Counted from the whole stretch's first letter, positions 28,000 through 41,597 are shown. The stretch: DNA of 63,616 nucleotides, filler included, from Octopus bimaculoides (GCF_001194135.2; 5 parts of 4 records of this genome joined end to end with filler, not necessarily neighbours in it); one strand, 5' to 3'. Numbers and translations are program-made. The notes: generated from the letters alone by a model not told the origin.

Positions 28000-29290
28000 A
28001 AAAAGGAAGTTACAGAAGCTCAAAGATTTATCAAACAGTTGGAGGTTCAGAGATTCTGATTAAAACACTTGATGAGAAAGAGGAGGAGGTTGTGATGCAT
28101 AACATAGAGGACAACAGGAAGTTCTTACAAGAGAACCTTCTGAAGGCTGCAGACCAAATTTGTGGCTGAGGCAAAGTCTCTGGTGGTGGAACAGTGAGGC
28201 ACATACAAGCAAAGACACAGGCTTGAAAAGACTGGAGAAATGAAGGCAGCAAAGAGTTATCAGGTAGCCAAGAGGGAATCTAAGCAACAGCTTTATCTAG
28301 CAAGTAGAAGTAGAAAGGAAGAGGTTTGTAAATGTCTCACAGCATAAAGATCAGAAAATTGAGTTGTTGCAGATTGCTAGACAGTGTGTCAAAGAGAATC
28401 AGGATGTTGTGGGAAAGAAGTGCATACAGATGGATAATGGTATGCTTGCACTCAGTGACTCCAAAAAGAAAGAGGTGTAGAAGTGATACAATGAAAGGCT
28501 GTTGAATGTGGAAAATGAATGGGGAAAAGAGACTCTCCCTTATGTGAACCCAATAGAGGGACCAGCTATTTGTGTTGACAGCAGCATGATAGGAAAAAGC
28601 AATTAAGGATATGAAGACAGGCAAAGCCCTTGGTCCACTGGGAGTTACTGTTGAGATGCTTAAAATATCTTGTGGAGTAGAATACGGTCTAGTCACCCAT
28701 ATAGTTAATCAGATTACTCAGGAAGGTGTCATCACCAATGAGTGGTGTAGCAGCATTACAGTCAGCTGCTACAAAGGTAAGGGAGATGTCTTAGATAGAA
28801 GTAATTAAAGAGGTATCAAATTGTTAGACCAGGTCATGAAAGTTACAGAAAGAGTTATGGCCCAATTAATTAGAAACAGAATCAGATCAGATGAAATGTA
28901 GTTTGGCTATGTGCTGGAGAGAAGCACTAGTGATGCTATCTTTATAGTCAAACAACTTCAGAAGTATTTGACTAAGAATAAACCAGTGTACTTCATATTT
29001 GTTGACTTGGAGAGCCTTTGACAGAGTACCCTTCTTTGTGATATGGTGGGCTCTGAGAAAGCTAGGGGTGAACAAGTGGCTAGTGAAAGCTGTATAGGCT
29101 ATGAACAGAGATTCTGTCAGCAAGGTGAAAGTTAATCTAGAGTAGAGTGATGAATTTAGTGTACAAGTAGGTTTTTATCAGGTTTCAGTTCTCAGTCCCC
29201 TTCTCTTCATCATTGTCCTCCAGGCCATAACAGAGGAATTCAAGATCAGTTGCCCCTGAGAACTACAAGATGCTGATGACCATGCTCTCA
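28000..29290 (+). mobile_element. Decayed RTE LINE fragment (N-terminal and central RT)
   Basis: MKTGKALGPLGVTVEMLK...WCSSITVSCYKGKGDVLDRSN, then RGIKLLDQVMKVTERV, STSDAIFIVKQLQ, FVDLE and SVLSPLLFIIVLQA, with stops and frameshifts. Confidence 0.85.
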
Positions 29291-31817
29291 TAGGAGATTC
29301 TGGGAAAAACTTAAATTAAGGGGCGGGGAGTATTTGAGCAGAAGGAAGAGAATAAAATATGATAAAGGGACAAGCCCTTACTATAGAGATGAAACATGGC
29401 TACTTCATATTAAGTAAGAGAAATAGTTAGAAGCTGGAAAGAAGATAGAGGTGACAAAAACAAGATGCTAGAGAACCTCAATATACAAGGAGGTGAGCAT
29501 AAGAGAGAATATCAGACAGTCAATCAGGGTTGAGGAGATTGTTTCATAAGAGTGAGCGTAGAATGTAACAAATGATTAGAAATAAGGGTAGAGGTGAATG
29601 TAGCAAATGATGAACAAGGATGGAAGTTCAGCTGATGGGAAATACCAATGTGGAGATGGGGTAGAGAAAGAGACAGAAGTGGCCCAAGGTAAGAGAGATA
29701 GAAGTGGCCCAGGAAGCAGGATAAGTCAGGAAGTAGGGGTGGCATGATCAAAGGCATGCAAGTAGTGGGGAGGAAAGCGTAGAAGTACATGGGGGTAGGA
29801 TAGCAAGTGGGGCATGATGACAGGTATGAGGTAGACAAGAGAGAGATATATAGTTGAAGGCACAGAAGGAGGTGTTTTGTGGGAATAGTCAGGGAAAGGA
29901 TGATAATGAGAATGAGGGAGCGAGAAGCACATAGAAATGGAGGGATTTAATGTGTCAATTCAGCTCTCAAGTAATTACAGCAGCCATGTAGTGCCATAAG
30001 GTAGAGGAATGATAAACATGAGGGGATAAGACATAAGGAATGTTTAAAGGAGGCAGCAAGGTGGAGAGGTAGGGCCCCACATGTGCAAACATAGCCAAGG
30101 TGGTTTTAGGATGGCAGTTTTTACTGTATTGGATGGAGTCTCTCAAGTATAGTGAATCACCATTCATCTCGAACTTTTGTCATCTCCTCCATAATTGTCA
30201 GCATCTTGAAATCAGTCTTCACTATTTCATTGCATCTATTTCCTGCTTATCCTTAATGTTTATGGCTCCAGTACATCTTTATATATATATATAGTTTTAG
30301 GGAAAAGAACCAAGGTTCATGAATTGATTTTAATTGAGTTTTTACCTGTAATTTTGGATTTTGTCCCTAATATTATATATATCATCATCATCATCATCAT
30401 CATCGTTTAACGTCCGCTTTCCATGCTAGCATGGGTTGGANNNNNNNNNNNNNNNNNNNNNNNNNNNNNNNNNNNNNNNNNNNNNNNNNNNNNNNNNNNN
30501 NNNNNNNNNNNNNNNNNNNNNNNNNNNNNNNNNNNNNNNNNNNNNNNNNNNNNNNNNNNNNNNNNNNNNNNNNNNNNNNNNNNNNNNNNNNNNNNNNNNN
30601 NNNNNNNNNNNNNNNNNNNNNNNNNNNNNNNNNNNNNNNNNNNNNNNNNNNNNNNNNNNNNNNNNNNNNNNNNNNNNNNNNNNNNNNNNNNNNNNNNNNN
30701 NNNNNNNNNNNNNNNNNNNNNNNNNNNNNNNNNNNNNNNNNNNNNNNNNNNNNNNNNNNNNNNNNNNNNNNNNNNNNNNNNNNNNNNNNNNNNNNNNNNN
30801 NNNNNNNNNNNNNNNNNNNNNNNNNNNNNNNNNNNNNNNNNNNNNNNNNNNNNNNNNNNNNNNNNNNNNNNNNNNNNNNNNNNNNNNNNNNNNNNNNNNN
30901 NNNNNNNNNNNNNNNNNNNNNNNNNNNNNNNNNNNNNNNNNNNNNNNNNNNNNNNNNNNNNNNNNNNNNNNNNNNNNNNNNNNNNNNNNNNNNNNNNNNN
31001 NNNNNNNNNNNNNNNNNNNNNNNNNNNNNNNNNNNNNNNNNNNNNNNNNNNNNNNNNNNNNNNNNNNNNNNNNNNNNNNNNNNNNNNNNNNNNNNNNNNN
31101 NNNNNNNNNNNNNNNNNNNNNNNNNNNNNNNNNNNNNNNNNNNNNNNNNNNNNNNNNNNNNNNNNNNNNNNNNNNNNNNNNNNNNNNNNNNNNNNNNNNN
31201 NNNNNNNNNNNNNNNNNNNNNNNNNNNNNNNNNNNNNNNNNNNNNNNNNNNNNNNNNACACACACACACACATATATACATGTAGGTATATATCAATGTA
31301 GTGTGTTCCAATTGATCACGTAAAACAGTTGGTTATCCTCTAGCATAAACAGGCTTGTACAGAAAACACAAAGGAAACAATAATCAATCAATAAAATTTA
31401 TTAATCAATGTATCAAATACACTTTGTTCCATTTCAAAATTAGAAATCAATTCTCATAAGATGACAGATACTATACAACTCCAGTTCAAAAGCAACTTAG
31501 TTTGTGATAATCAGATATGTGAAAGAACAGAATGGAAAAAATATGTACACACTACATATGTTTCAAAAATTTTTGAAATCCATAATGTGGAACATTAAAA
31601 CCGGTTCATAGTTATAATGTACACTTTATCAATTGGGTACATAACAAGAAATATGCACCAGTGATGAGGTATAACTAAGAAATGACTTTAATGTTTCACG
31701 ATATGGATTTCACACATTCTTGAAACATGTACAGTGCATATCTACTTCTTCTATTCCTTTCATTGATGTACACACACACACACACACAACTCAGTTTAAG
31801 ATAAAAAAAAGAGTGGA

Positions 31818-31853
31818 TGAGTAACATTTTGAGTATGGCTCTTCATCAGAAAA
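31818..31853 (-). ncRNA. Degenerate hammerhead-like motif related to the 51547 copy
   Basis: Minus strand tttt-CTGATGA-A-GAG-ccata-CTC-AAAA-TGTTA. The CTGATGA core is canonical, but CGAAACGT has become CAAAATGT. Confidence 0.35.
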
Positions 31854-31949
31854 GGGAAAGAGGAGTGGTCCACAGAGAAAGAAAAATAATCCAAGAAAAG
31901 CATGTGTGGTTACATGGTGAAGTATATATATACAAATACATACATACAT

Positions 31950-32002
<53 letters not shown>

Positions 32003-32969
32003 NNNNNNNNNNNNNNNNNNNNNNNNNNNNNNNNNNNNNNNNNNNNNNNNNNNNNNNNNNNNNNNNNNNNNNNNNNNNNNNNNNNNNNNNNNNNNNNNNN
32101 NNNNNNNNNNNNNNNNNNNNNNNNNNNNNNNNNNNNNNNNNNNNNNNNNNNNNNNNNNNNNNNNNNNNNNNNNNNNNNNNNNNNNNNNNNNNNNNNNNNN
32201 NNNNNNNNNNNNNNNNNNNNNNNNNNNNNNNNNNNNNNNNNNNNNNNNNNNNNNNNNNNNNNNNNNNNNNNNNNNNNNNNNNNNNNNNNNNNNNNNNNNN
32301 NNNNNNNNNNNNNNNNNNNNNNNNNNNNNNNNNNNNNNNNNNNNNNNNNNNNNNNNNNNNNNNNNNNNNNNNNNNNNNNNNNNNNNNNNNNNNNNNNNNN
32401 NNNNNNNNNNNNNNNNNNNNNNNNNNNNNNNNNNNNNNNNNNNNNNNNNNNNNNNNNNNNNNNNNNNNNNNNNNNNNNNNNNNNNNNNNNNNNNNNNNNN
32501 NNNNNNNNNNNNNNNNNNNNNNNNNNNNNNNNNNNNNNNNNNNNNNNNNNNNNNNNNNNNNNNNNNNNNNNNNNNNNNNNNNNNNNNNNNNNNNNNNNNN
32601 NNNNNNNNNNNNNNNNNNNNNNNNNNNNNNNNNNNNNNNNNNNNNNNNNNNNNNNNNNNNNNNNNNNNNNNNNNNNNNNNNNNNNNNNNNNNNNNNNNNN
32701 NNNNNNNNNNNNNNNNNNNNNNNNNNNNNNNNNNNNNNNNNNNNNNNNNNNNNNNNNNNNNNNNNNNNNNNNNNNNNNNNNNNNNNNNNNNNNNNNNNNN
32801 NNNNNNNNNNNNNNNNNNNNNNNNNNNNNNNNNNNNNNNNNNNNNNNNNNNNNNNNNNNNNNNNNNNNNNNNNNNNNNNNNNNNNNNNNNNNNNNNNNNN
32901 NNNNNNNNNNNNNNNNNNNNNNNNNNNNNNNNNNNNNNNNNNNNNNNNNNNNNNNNNNNNNNNNNNNNN

Positions 32970-33018
<49 letters not shown>

Positions 33019-33020
<2 letters not shown>

Positions 33021-34930
33021 TCATCATCATCATTTAACGTCTGTTGTCCATTCTGGCATGGTTAGGACAGTTTGACAGGGCTAGCACACACTGGAAGGCT
33101 GCACCAGACTCCAGTCTGATTTGGCATGATTTTTTATGACAAGATGCCCTTTCTAATACCAACCACTCTGAGAGTGTAATGGGTGCTTTTACATAACACC
33201 AGCACGGGTCCCATTTGCATGACACCGGGGTGTGTTTATGTTCCACTGGCATGGGTGCCAATTTACGTGGCACCGGTATCTACCACAACTGCGATTTTGC
33301 TCAGCTTGATGCCAAAGGTCTTGGTCATTGCCTCTGTGAGGCCCAACGCTCAAAAGGAACTCAGCCACTTTGCCTCCATCAGGCTCAACATTCAAAGGTC
33401 TTTTATGTGCCACCAGCATGGGTGCACTTAGCTTGATGGGTTCTCTCAAGCACAGCACATCGCCAAAAGTATCGGTCACCAGTCATTACCTCAGTGAGGC
33501 TCAAAGTTCAAAGCTCATGCTTCACCACCTTGTTCCATGTCTTCCTGGGTCTACCTCTACCATAGGTTCCCTCAACAGTTAGAGATTAGCACATCTTTAC
33601 ACAGCTGTCCTCACCCATATGCAACACAGTTGTCTCTCTTGCACATCACATCTGATTCCTCTTATGCCTAACTTTTCTCTCAAGATGCTTACACTCTGTC
33701 AACATGCACACTAACATTGCATATCCAGCGAAGCATACTGGCTTCATTTCTTTCACGCCTACACATATCCTTGGCTGTCACAGCCCATGTTTCACTGTCA
33801 TGTAGCATAGCTGTTCGCACACAGGCATCAAACAATATGCCTTTCACTCTGAGAGATAGGCTCTTTGTTGCCCTCAGCAGTAGGAGCTCTCTGAAATTTG
33901 ACCAGCCTGATCTTATTCTCACAGCTATGCTCTCGAAGCATCCAACTCCACTACTAACTTGGTCATCTTGATAATGGAAGCTATCTCTACCTCTAGCTTG
34001 TCCCCCTGTGCATTTTCAGCATTTATTGAACTTGTGCACCTTCCACATACAAAAGTTAGTTTCCCTGTTAATCTTCCTCTGATGTTGCTGCACCTTTTAC
34101 GCATCCAAACCTTACACTGGGTGCATCTTATGGAGTTTCTTATCCACACGTTTTCTACAGATTGAGCAGGGATTTGTGATTTGTCTGCCTTCCTACTTAC
34201 TACCTGAAGGGATTTGTAATTTGTCTGCCTTCCTACTTACTAAGACTTTGGTAGGTTAACTCTAAGGCCCTTCAATTCTAGGCATTGCTTCCATACCTGG
34301 AACTTCTCTAGTTCAGATAGTGATTCAGCTATAAGAGCAAGGTCATCAGCATAGAGGAGCTCCGAGGAGCAGCCTGTCTTGAACTCCTCTGGTATTTCCT
34401 GGAGGACTATCCCTAGTTTCCACATTGACCACCAGATAAGGGATAACGGGACTCTGTCAAAAGCTTTCTCCAAGTCAGCAAAAGCTAAGTATAGAGGGTT
34501 TATCTTTGGCTAGGTATTTCTCCTGCAGTTGCCTTACCAGAAATATAGCATCAGTTGTGTTTCAACCTGGCACAAAACCAAACTGCATCTCATCTAGATT
34601 AACGCTCTCCCTAATTAGTTGGGCTATGCCTCTCTCTGTAAGTTTCATCAGCTGATCCAACAATTTGATACCTCTGTAATCATTTCTATTTAAGGCATCG
34701 CCTTTACCTTTGTAGCAGTTGACTATGGTGCTACTACACCAGTTATTGGGTATGAATCCATCATGAACCATCTGATTTACAATACGGATGACTAGACCAT
34801 AACCCACACCGCCAGATATTTTAACCATCTCAGTGGTGATTCCTGATGGGCCGGGGGCTTTCCATGTCTTCATATCCTTAATTGCTTTATCTACTAGGGT
34901 CCTGTCAATTCGAGTAACTGGTCCCCCAAT
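33019..34930 (-). mobile_element. Decayed RTE-clade LINE of the same family, with internal deletions and 3' tail
   Basis: Minus-strand fragments KDMKTWKAPGPSGIT...YKGKGDAL.RNDYRGIKLLD...QFGFVPG, EKAFDRVP, ELLYADDLAL, CTQC..RKRC...CGRC and RIRSGWSNFRELL. The 3' tail with (CAT)n is at 33019-33200. Confidence 0.88.
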
Positions 34931-34986
34931 TGGGTCAACATTTGATACATATATTTTATAAGCGTGTGTGTGTGTGTGTGTGTGTG

Positions 34987-35018
<32 letters not shown>

Positions 35019-36299
35019 ATCAAAATAANNNNNNNNNNATCAATTTAAATGCAGACCAATCTGCAGAAATAGAAGTTAATTAAATTAAAACAGATGGACA
35101 CATTAGTATAATTTTGCCTAAAATCTCCAAGAAGTTAAGGAGATAGACAAAGAACATTGTTGCCCTTCCTTCCACTTAGAAGCTACTAAGTTATCAGGAA
35201 GAAAGCTTTCTTCCTGATAAGGCAAACATCTCAAGTCATATACATTATTATTATTGGAAAAAAGATTCAAAGTCTTACAGCTGTCTCTGGGATATTTCAG
35301 AGTATGGGATATTCCATTATTGGAGACAAATAGGGAAAATGAGAAGGGTATAGATTAATGAAAGGACAACATAGAGGACAGGAGTAAAGGAATAAGGAGA
35401 TGAAGAAAGAGAAAAAAAAAAGGAAGTATAAAAGTTCACAGTTCAACTTTCCAATCTTGTAGAAATAAGTCCATAAGTCCTTAGGTCCAATCCTACATAA
35501 ATCCATGTAGGTTAAAGTTCTGATAGTGTAAATATCCAGAAAAAGCCTGTTGTACATGTGTTTGCATGTACATATGTGTAATGTAGCATGGCATTAAGAT
35601 AAGGAAACTTATATAAGAGCATATATATATANNNNNNNNNNNNNNNNNNNNNNNNNNNNNNNNNNNNNNNNNNNNNNNNNNNNNNNNNNNNNNNNNNNNN
35701 NNNNNNNNNNNNNNNNNNNNNNNNNNNNNNNNNNNNNNNNNNNNNNNNNNNNNNNNNNNNNNNNNNNNNNNNNNNNNNNNNNNNNNNNNNNNNNTATGTA
35801 TGTATGTATGTATGTATGTATAGAGCTGAAGGAGGTGCAGTCAGCAAGGTGAGAGTTAATGAGTATAGCAATGAATTTAGCATGAAGGTAGGAGCAAATC
35901 AAGGCTCAGTCCTCACTCTCTTCAGTTCATTATAGTCCACTAAGTTATAACGGAGAAATTTAAAACCACCAATGGGAATTCCTCTACACAGATGGCCTAG
36001 TTTTTAAAGCTGAATTGGTAGTAGACTTAGAAAAGATATGCCAGACATGGAAAAAAAACTCAGAATAGAGAAGCTTCAAAGAATACTTAGGAAAGGCAAA
36101 AGTATTAGAAGATAGGATCCTGATATCACCATGGAAATGGCCATACGTTGTACCCAATGTGAATTATGGAATATGAAAAAAGTGTACGTGCAAATAGGGC
36201 AATATGTATTAAGAGCACACATAAAATAGACACTATGTAGTGAACAGACAGCTCGCTAGAAATATTTGACAGCTTCTATTAACTAGGGTACCTAATTAG

Positions 36300-36770
36300 C
36301 ATAGTATCTCAGAGTAAGAATTGGCTGGAAAAGTTCAGGGAGCTATTGTCTTTGCCAGTAACAAAGGACCTTTCCTTAGTGTGCAGGGCAGACTCTATGA
36401 TGCATATGTACAAAGTACAATGCTGGTTGATGTTATGAAGTGGGCCTTTAACACAGAGTATTTGCAGAAACTAGAAAGAAATGGTGGAAGCATGCTCAGT
36501 AAAATGTGTAATATTAGTGTACATAAATGCAGGGGCACAAATAGGCTGAGAGAAAAACTGAACAAACAAAGAACTGGATGAAGTGAGCAAGAGAGAAGAC
36601 TGCATTAGAATAGGCATGTGATGCATATGGAGGAGGACAGCTGTGTAAAGCAGTGTCACATGCTCAATGTGAACGGAACCTATAGACGAAAGACACTAAG
36701 GAAACTTCGGACAAAGTAGTGAAGGAAAATCTGAAGTTGCTGCACCTCATAGAAGAAATAATAAAAGACC
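36300..36770 (+). mobile_element. Highly decayed RTE LINE C-terminal fragment
   Basis: GRLYDAYVQSTML...KLERNGGSMLSKMCNISVH resembles the C-terminus of the 46248 element. Confidence 0.6.
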
Positions 36771-37844
36771 ACATTGATGGTAAAACAGATATTAAAATTT
36801 GTATATATGTATGAACATAAATATGTGTGTGTGTATATATATAAATATATATATATACACACATATATATATGCATATATGTGTGTGTGTGTAATGTGTT
36901 TGCATATATTTTGGTATATACGTTTATGAACACATATGCTTACAGATATGCATATGCATGCATATGTGTGTAGGTGTGAAAAAGTGAACGTTAAAACGAT
37001 AACTATATATAATTACACACACATATATATATACACACACACCGTCAGAGCTACATTATTGCCCTCTTTGATAGCTTCTCATCCCTCTAATATTCCTATC
37101 GGTCAACCCTCTTAACACACATCCCTCTCATCACTCACCAGCCTATCATCCATGCAACTGTCTCGGTTACTCTTGCCTTTATCAATCACGTCTCTAGCAA
37201 TGCACACTCTATTGCTCATCTCTTGATCACTCCCTCTTCTTCTCACACCCTCTATACTATGACGCTGATGTGACAAAGGATAGTAGTGGACATCTTTGGT
37301 TCACTGCACATTGCTTCCAGTGTAACTAGGATAAAATTGTAACTATCTGACCCACTCACCAACGCTACACACTCCCAACCTTATACTTATCACGTTAGCT
37401 TTCTCCCCACCTTGAGGTATATAATTAAGGATCTTCATCAGATGTTCATTTAGCCCATACACTTCATCTATGCTTAACCCTTGGTATTAAAATCTGACAC
37501 TCAGATTCATTAGCTGACCCCTTGTTGTCTACCTCTCTCTCTCTCACAATAAAATACACCCAGGACACTCTGTCAAGTGCAGTGTTGGAAGTACTCTTCA
37601 GCTTTGTCTAAGATATAACAATCTCCCTAGTACTGATGCTATTAAAAACTGTGCCCAATACACTCAGTGGAGGAGTTCATGTTAGAAAAAGCACCCTGCT
37701 ACAGAAACGAAGCCAAAACTGAAACTTATCAACAATTAGTAATCTGTTGACCCATTCAAGAGAGCAATGACAACCTGGCTAACCCAAACCTACATGGAAA
37801 CCAAGAATACACAAACGCACATGTACATAAAGATATGTACATTC

Positions 37845-37891
<47 letters not shown>

Positions 37892-37990
37892 NNNNNNNNN
37901 NNNNNNNNNNNNNNNNNNNNNNNNNNNNNNNNNNNNNNNNNNNNNNATATATGTATATGTATATATGTATATATGCATATATATATACAT

Positions 37991-38041
<51 letters not shown>

Positions 38042-38074
38042 CATGTGTGTGTGCGGACATATATATACACACAC

Positions 38075-38110
<36 letters not shown>

Positions 38111-38952
38111 TATTCATTAAGATAGAAGAAATACATATAATTAAATATATATATATATATATATATGTATATATCCATATATCAAACATGAGAACCAAGA
38201 CCATGTCATTTATGTCTATGCACCTGCACACAATTGTCCCTGGCAAATCTCTCCCCCACAACTCATCTTCCAAACACTCTTTCCACCACTCACTGCATTC
38301 CTCTCTCTCTATCTCCCACTGTCCATCTGCAATCTTGCAAACTTACCAACTGACTCACTCTCTGCACCAATCCTCTGCACCACTCCTATTTACATTCATC
38401 TCCTTGTACCTTGAGGGTAAACTCTGACACATCTTCACCACTATCTTCTCTCGACACTCTTTTCTGTTTTCCAACCGGGGTAGACATGTATTTCCACTAC
38501 AGCAAAATACCTTTTTCAGTTCCTCTATCATACCTCTCATCAACTGGTACAAAGCTAACTCCCTGAATTCTACTCTCCCTCAGAGCTGCAGGGTCATGCC
38601 TTGCAAGTTACTTGGTGACCATGCCAGTGCTGGTGCCACATAAAAAGCATGCAGTACACTCTGTAAAATGGTTGGTTTTAGGAAGGGCATCCAGCTGTAT
38701 AAACCAAGCCAAAGCCAATAGTAGAGCTTGGCACAGTCCTCTGACTCATCAGCTCCTGTCAGACTGTCCAACCCATGCCACTATGGAAAATAGATATTAA
38801 ATGATGACGATGATGACGTGTATATACAGCTACATGTGTGTGTGTGTGTGTGTATGTATTTAAGTGTGTGTGTTTGTGTGTATATATATATATACATATG
38901 TGTGCATATACATGTGTGTGTGAGTATATATGCACATATATGCATGCATGCA

Positions 38953-38998
<46 letters not shown>

Positions 38999-39009
38999 TA
39001 TTTTTTATT

Positions 39010-39405
39010 TTTTCACTTGTTTCAGTCACTTAACTGTGGCAATACTGGAGCTACGCCTTGAAGGATTTTAGCCAAGCAAATAGATCCCAGGGCTTATTTT
39101 TTAAGCCTAATACTTATTTTATCAGTCTCTTTTGCTGAACTGCTAAGTTATGGGAACATAATCACACCAACTCTGGTTGTCAAGCAGTGATGGAGGGGGG
39201 GGACAAAGACACACATACATACACAAACACACACACATACATACACAATGGACTTCTTTCAGTTTCCATTTACCAAATCCACTCACAAGGCTTTGGTCAG
39301 CCCAATGCTATAACAGAAGACACTTGTCTAAGGTGCCATGCAATAGAACTGGACCCAGAACAATGTGGGTGGGAAGCAAGCTTCTTAACACACAGCCATG
39401 CCTGC
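39010..39405 (-). mobile_element. SINE family B copy; head end tandemly duplicated at about 39517
   Basis: Reverse-complement full copy. gggaagcaagcttcttaacac.cagccatgcctgcacc recurs 146 bp later. Confidence 0.85.
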
Positions 39406-39421
39406 ACCTATATCTATATAT

Positions 39422-39452
<31 letters not shown>

Positions 39453-39689
39453 CATGTATATATATAACATGTATATATACATATATACACATATATATAT
39501 ACATTTATACTTATATGGGAAGCAAGCTTCTTAACACGCAGCCATGCCTGCACCTATATCTATATATACACGCACACATATATATATACATGTATATATA
39601 TAACATGTATATATACATATATACATGTATATATACATATATACATGTATATATACATATATATATATGCATTTATATATACATTTATA

Positions 39690-39769
<80 letters not shown>

Positions 39770-40808
39770 TATACATATACATACATATATATATATATAT
39801 ATACACACACATACAATTATATACATATATACATGTACATATATAAATATACATTTATACTTATATATATACATATACATATGATATACACATACATACA
39901 TATATACATACACATATATATACATATATTATATACACACATATATATACATATATACACCCATCACTCACAAGTATGAGCATACTTTCGCAGTGTTAGC
40001 TGCCCAATGTAGTCATGAGGAGACGCAGACACCTTCCTACCCTTGTATTTGCAGAACATCCAGGATGTGATGGAGGACGAAACAGCAACAGCAGCACTGG
40101 GATGGTATGGGCGATTTTTTCCGGAGATTTTTTTTTTTTTTTCTAAGAAGCTAACTGAATCTCGGTGGGATTTGAACTCAGACCTTCAAGTAATATCACA
40201 CAAGAATCTGATACTCTAACTACTCTGCCAATCACCACCTTGTGTGTGTGTGTGTGTGTGTGAATAAATCATACATTTAGTTAAGACGGAAGGGAACGTT
40301 GAAATATATTTGGCTGTTATTTCTAGCATGTCAGATAAACGCAGAAAGGTTTCTCGTTGTCAGGGCAAGCATACCTATTGATGATGTCCAAACCCCATAC
40401 CTGTTTTGATTTGAGGAGGCCTTTAATTGAAGACGCTCCTGGCATGACCACTCCTTCTTATATTTACCGTCCCCGGTTCTTCATTATCATATGTCATTTG
40501 TTTGTTTAGGAATAATTTCTTTCGTTAAGGGTGTGATCGAAGATTTAAAGAGAGCAACTTATCCCGTTGCGATGATACGATGCAGTGTCTATCGTGGATG
40601 GGTGTAGTGTGTGTGATTTTAGATGAGGCTGCAGTGCTCGAGTAACCGCATAGAGGTCTCTTGTTCGTTAAATCATCAAACAGTGATGGTCACACATAAC
40701 GCAATCACGCACACACACACCAACTAATATAATACACTTCTTTTTCTTATAATTTTTTCAAAATGGAAATAAAAAAAGGAGAAAAGGCGGAGAGAATTTT
40801 TAACTTAC

Positions 40809-41066
40809 CTCGCTGCGATGTCCTCTGAGGTTAAAATTAGACCTGGTAGGTGCATCGTACTTCCGACAGTGACTTGTGGTAAAGGTAACTCCAACTACAG
40901 CACTGGCGTTGCCCGAAGCCAACCATCCCTCCATGTAATACTCTGCACGATTTAACTTCCAACAGTCGGCATCTGGAATGCCATCGGGCACTTTACCCAT
41001 CCACGACAAACACTGCACAGTGCAGTCGCAACGGGTTGAGTTGTTCTGTTCAAAGTGAACATGCAT
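40809..41066 (-). CDS. TULP4: TULP4 (Tubby-related protein 4/Tusp) first coding exon, N-terminal WD40 region
   Basis: Translates MHVHFEQ...VQCLSWMGKVPD...YYMEGWLASGNASAVVGVTFTTSHC...RSNFNLRGHRSE. This matches the TULP4 N-terminus as I recall it (LCLSWKGRVP...YYEEGWLATGN..GVVGVTFTSSHC...RINFNLRGHNSEV). The exon is 86 codons and ends at a phase-0 donor GAG|gtaagt. Confidence 0.93.
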
Positions 41067-41520
41067 ATTTTCGGCTCACAAAACAGCGTTGACAACACCG
41101 TAACGGCTTTATGGTTTCAGCAAAAATACTTTTGGTGGCGGTTTGTGTGGGTTTTCATTTAAAAATATATAATCCCGATGGTGATCCGTAAGTATCGATC
41201 CTTGTCGATTTTCTTCTTTCAAATTCACTTATTCTTATTTGCCGTCTTTTAAAATATACTGTACATGTACAAAATACCACACCGCATCTACATATACACG
41301 TGCATATACATACATATTTATATACATACATTTATGTATGTGTGTATATATAAATATACACAGCTACAATATGTATGTATGTATGTATGTATGTACGTAT
41401 GTATGTATGTGTTGTGTGTATTATTTCAATGATTTATAACTGAATAAAAAACATTCTCTAACATTTACACACATATATACATATATTTTATGCATATGTG
41501 TGTTTTTTTCAGTTTGCACA

Positions 41521-41597
<77 letters not shown>

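Noticed and set aside
26306-33065. Long ORFs made of X residues (also 44414-44980, 48498-49308, 58831-59521)
   Set aside because: They are read through N gaps and carry no coding information.
37767-39979. YIYI/THTH/CVCV-type ORFs throughout the window
   Set aside because: They are translations of (TA)n, (CA)n, (TAGA)n and trinucleotide microsatellites.
40060-40090. gtgatggaggacgaaac as a hammerhead core
   Set aside because: It lacks CUGANGA, and stems I and II cannot be formed.
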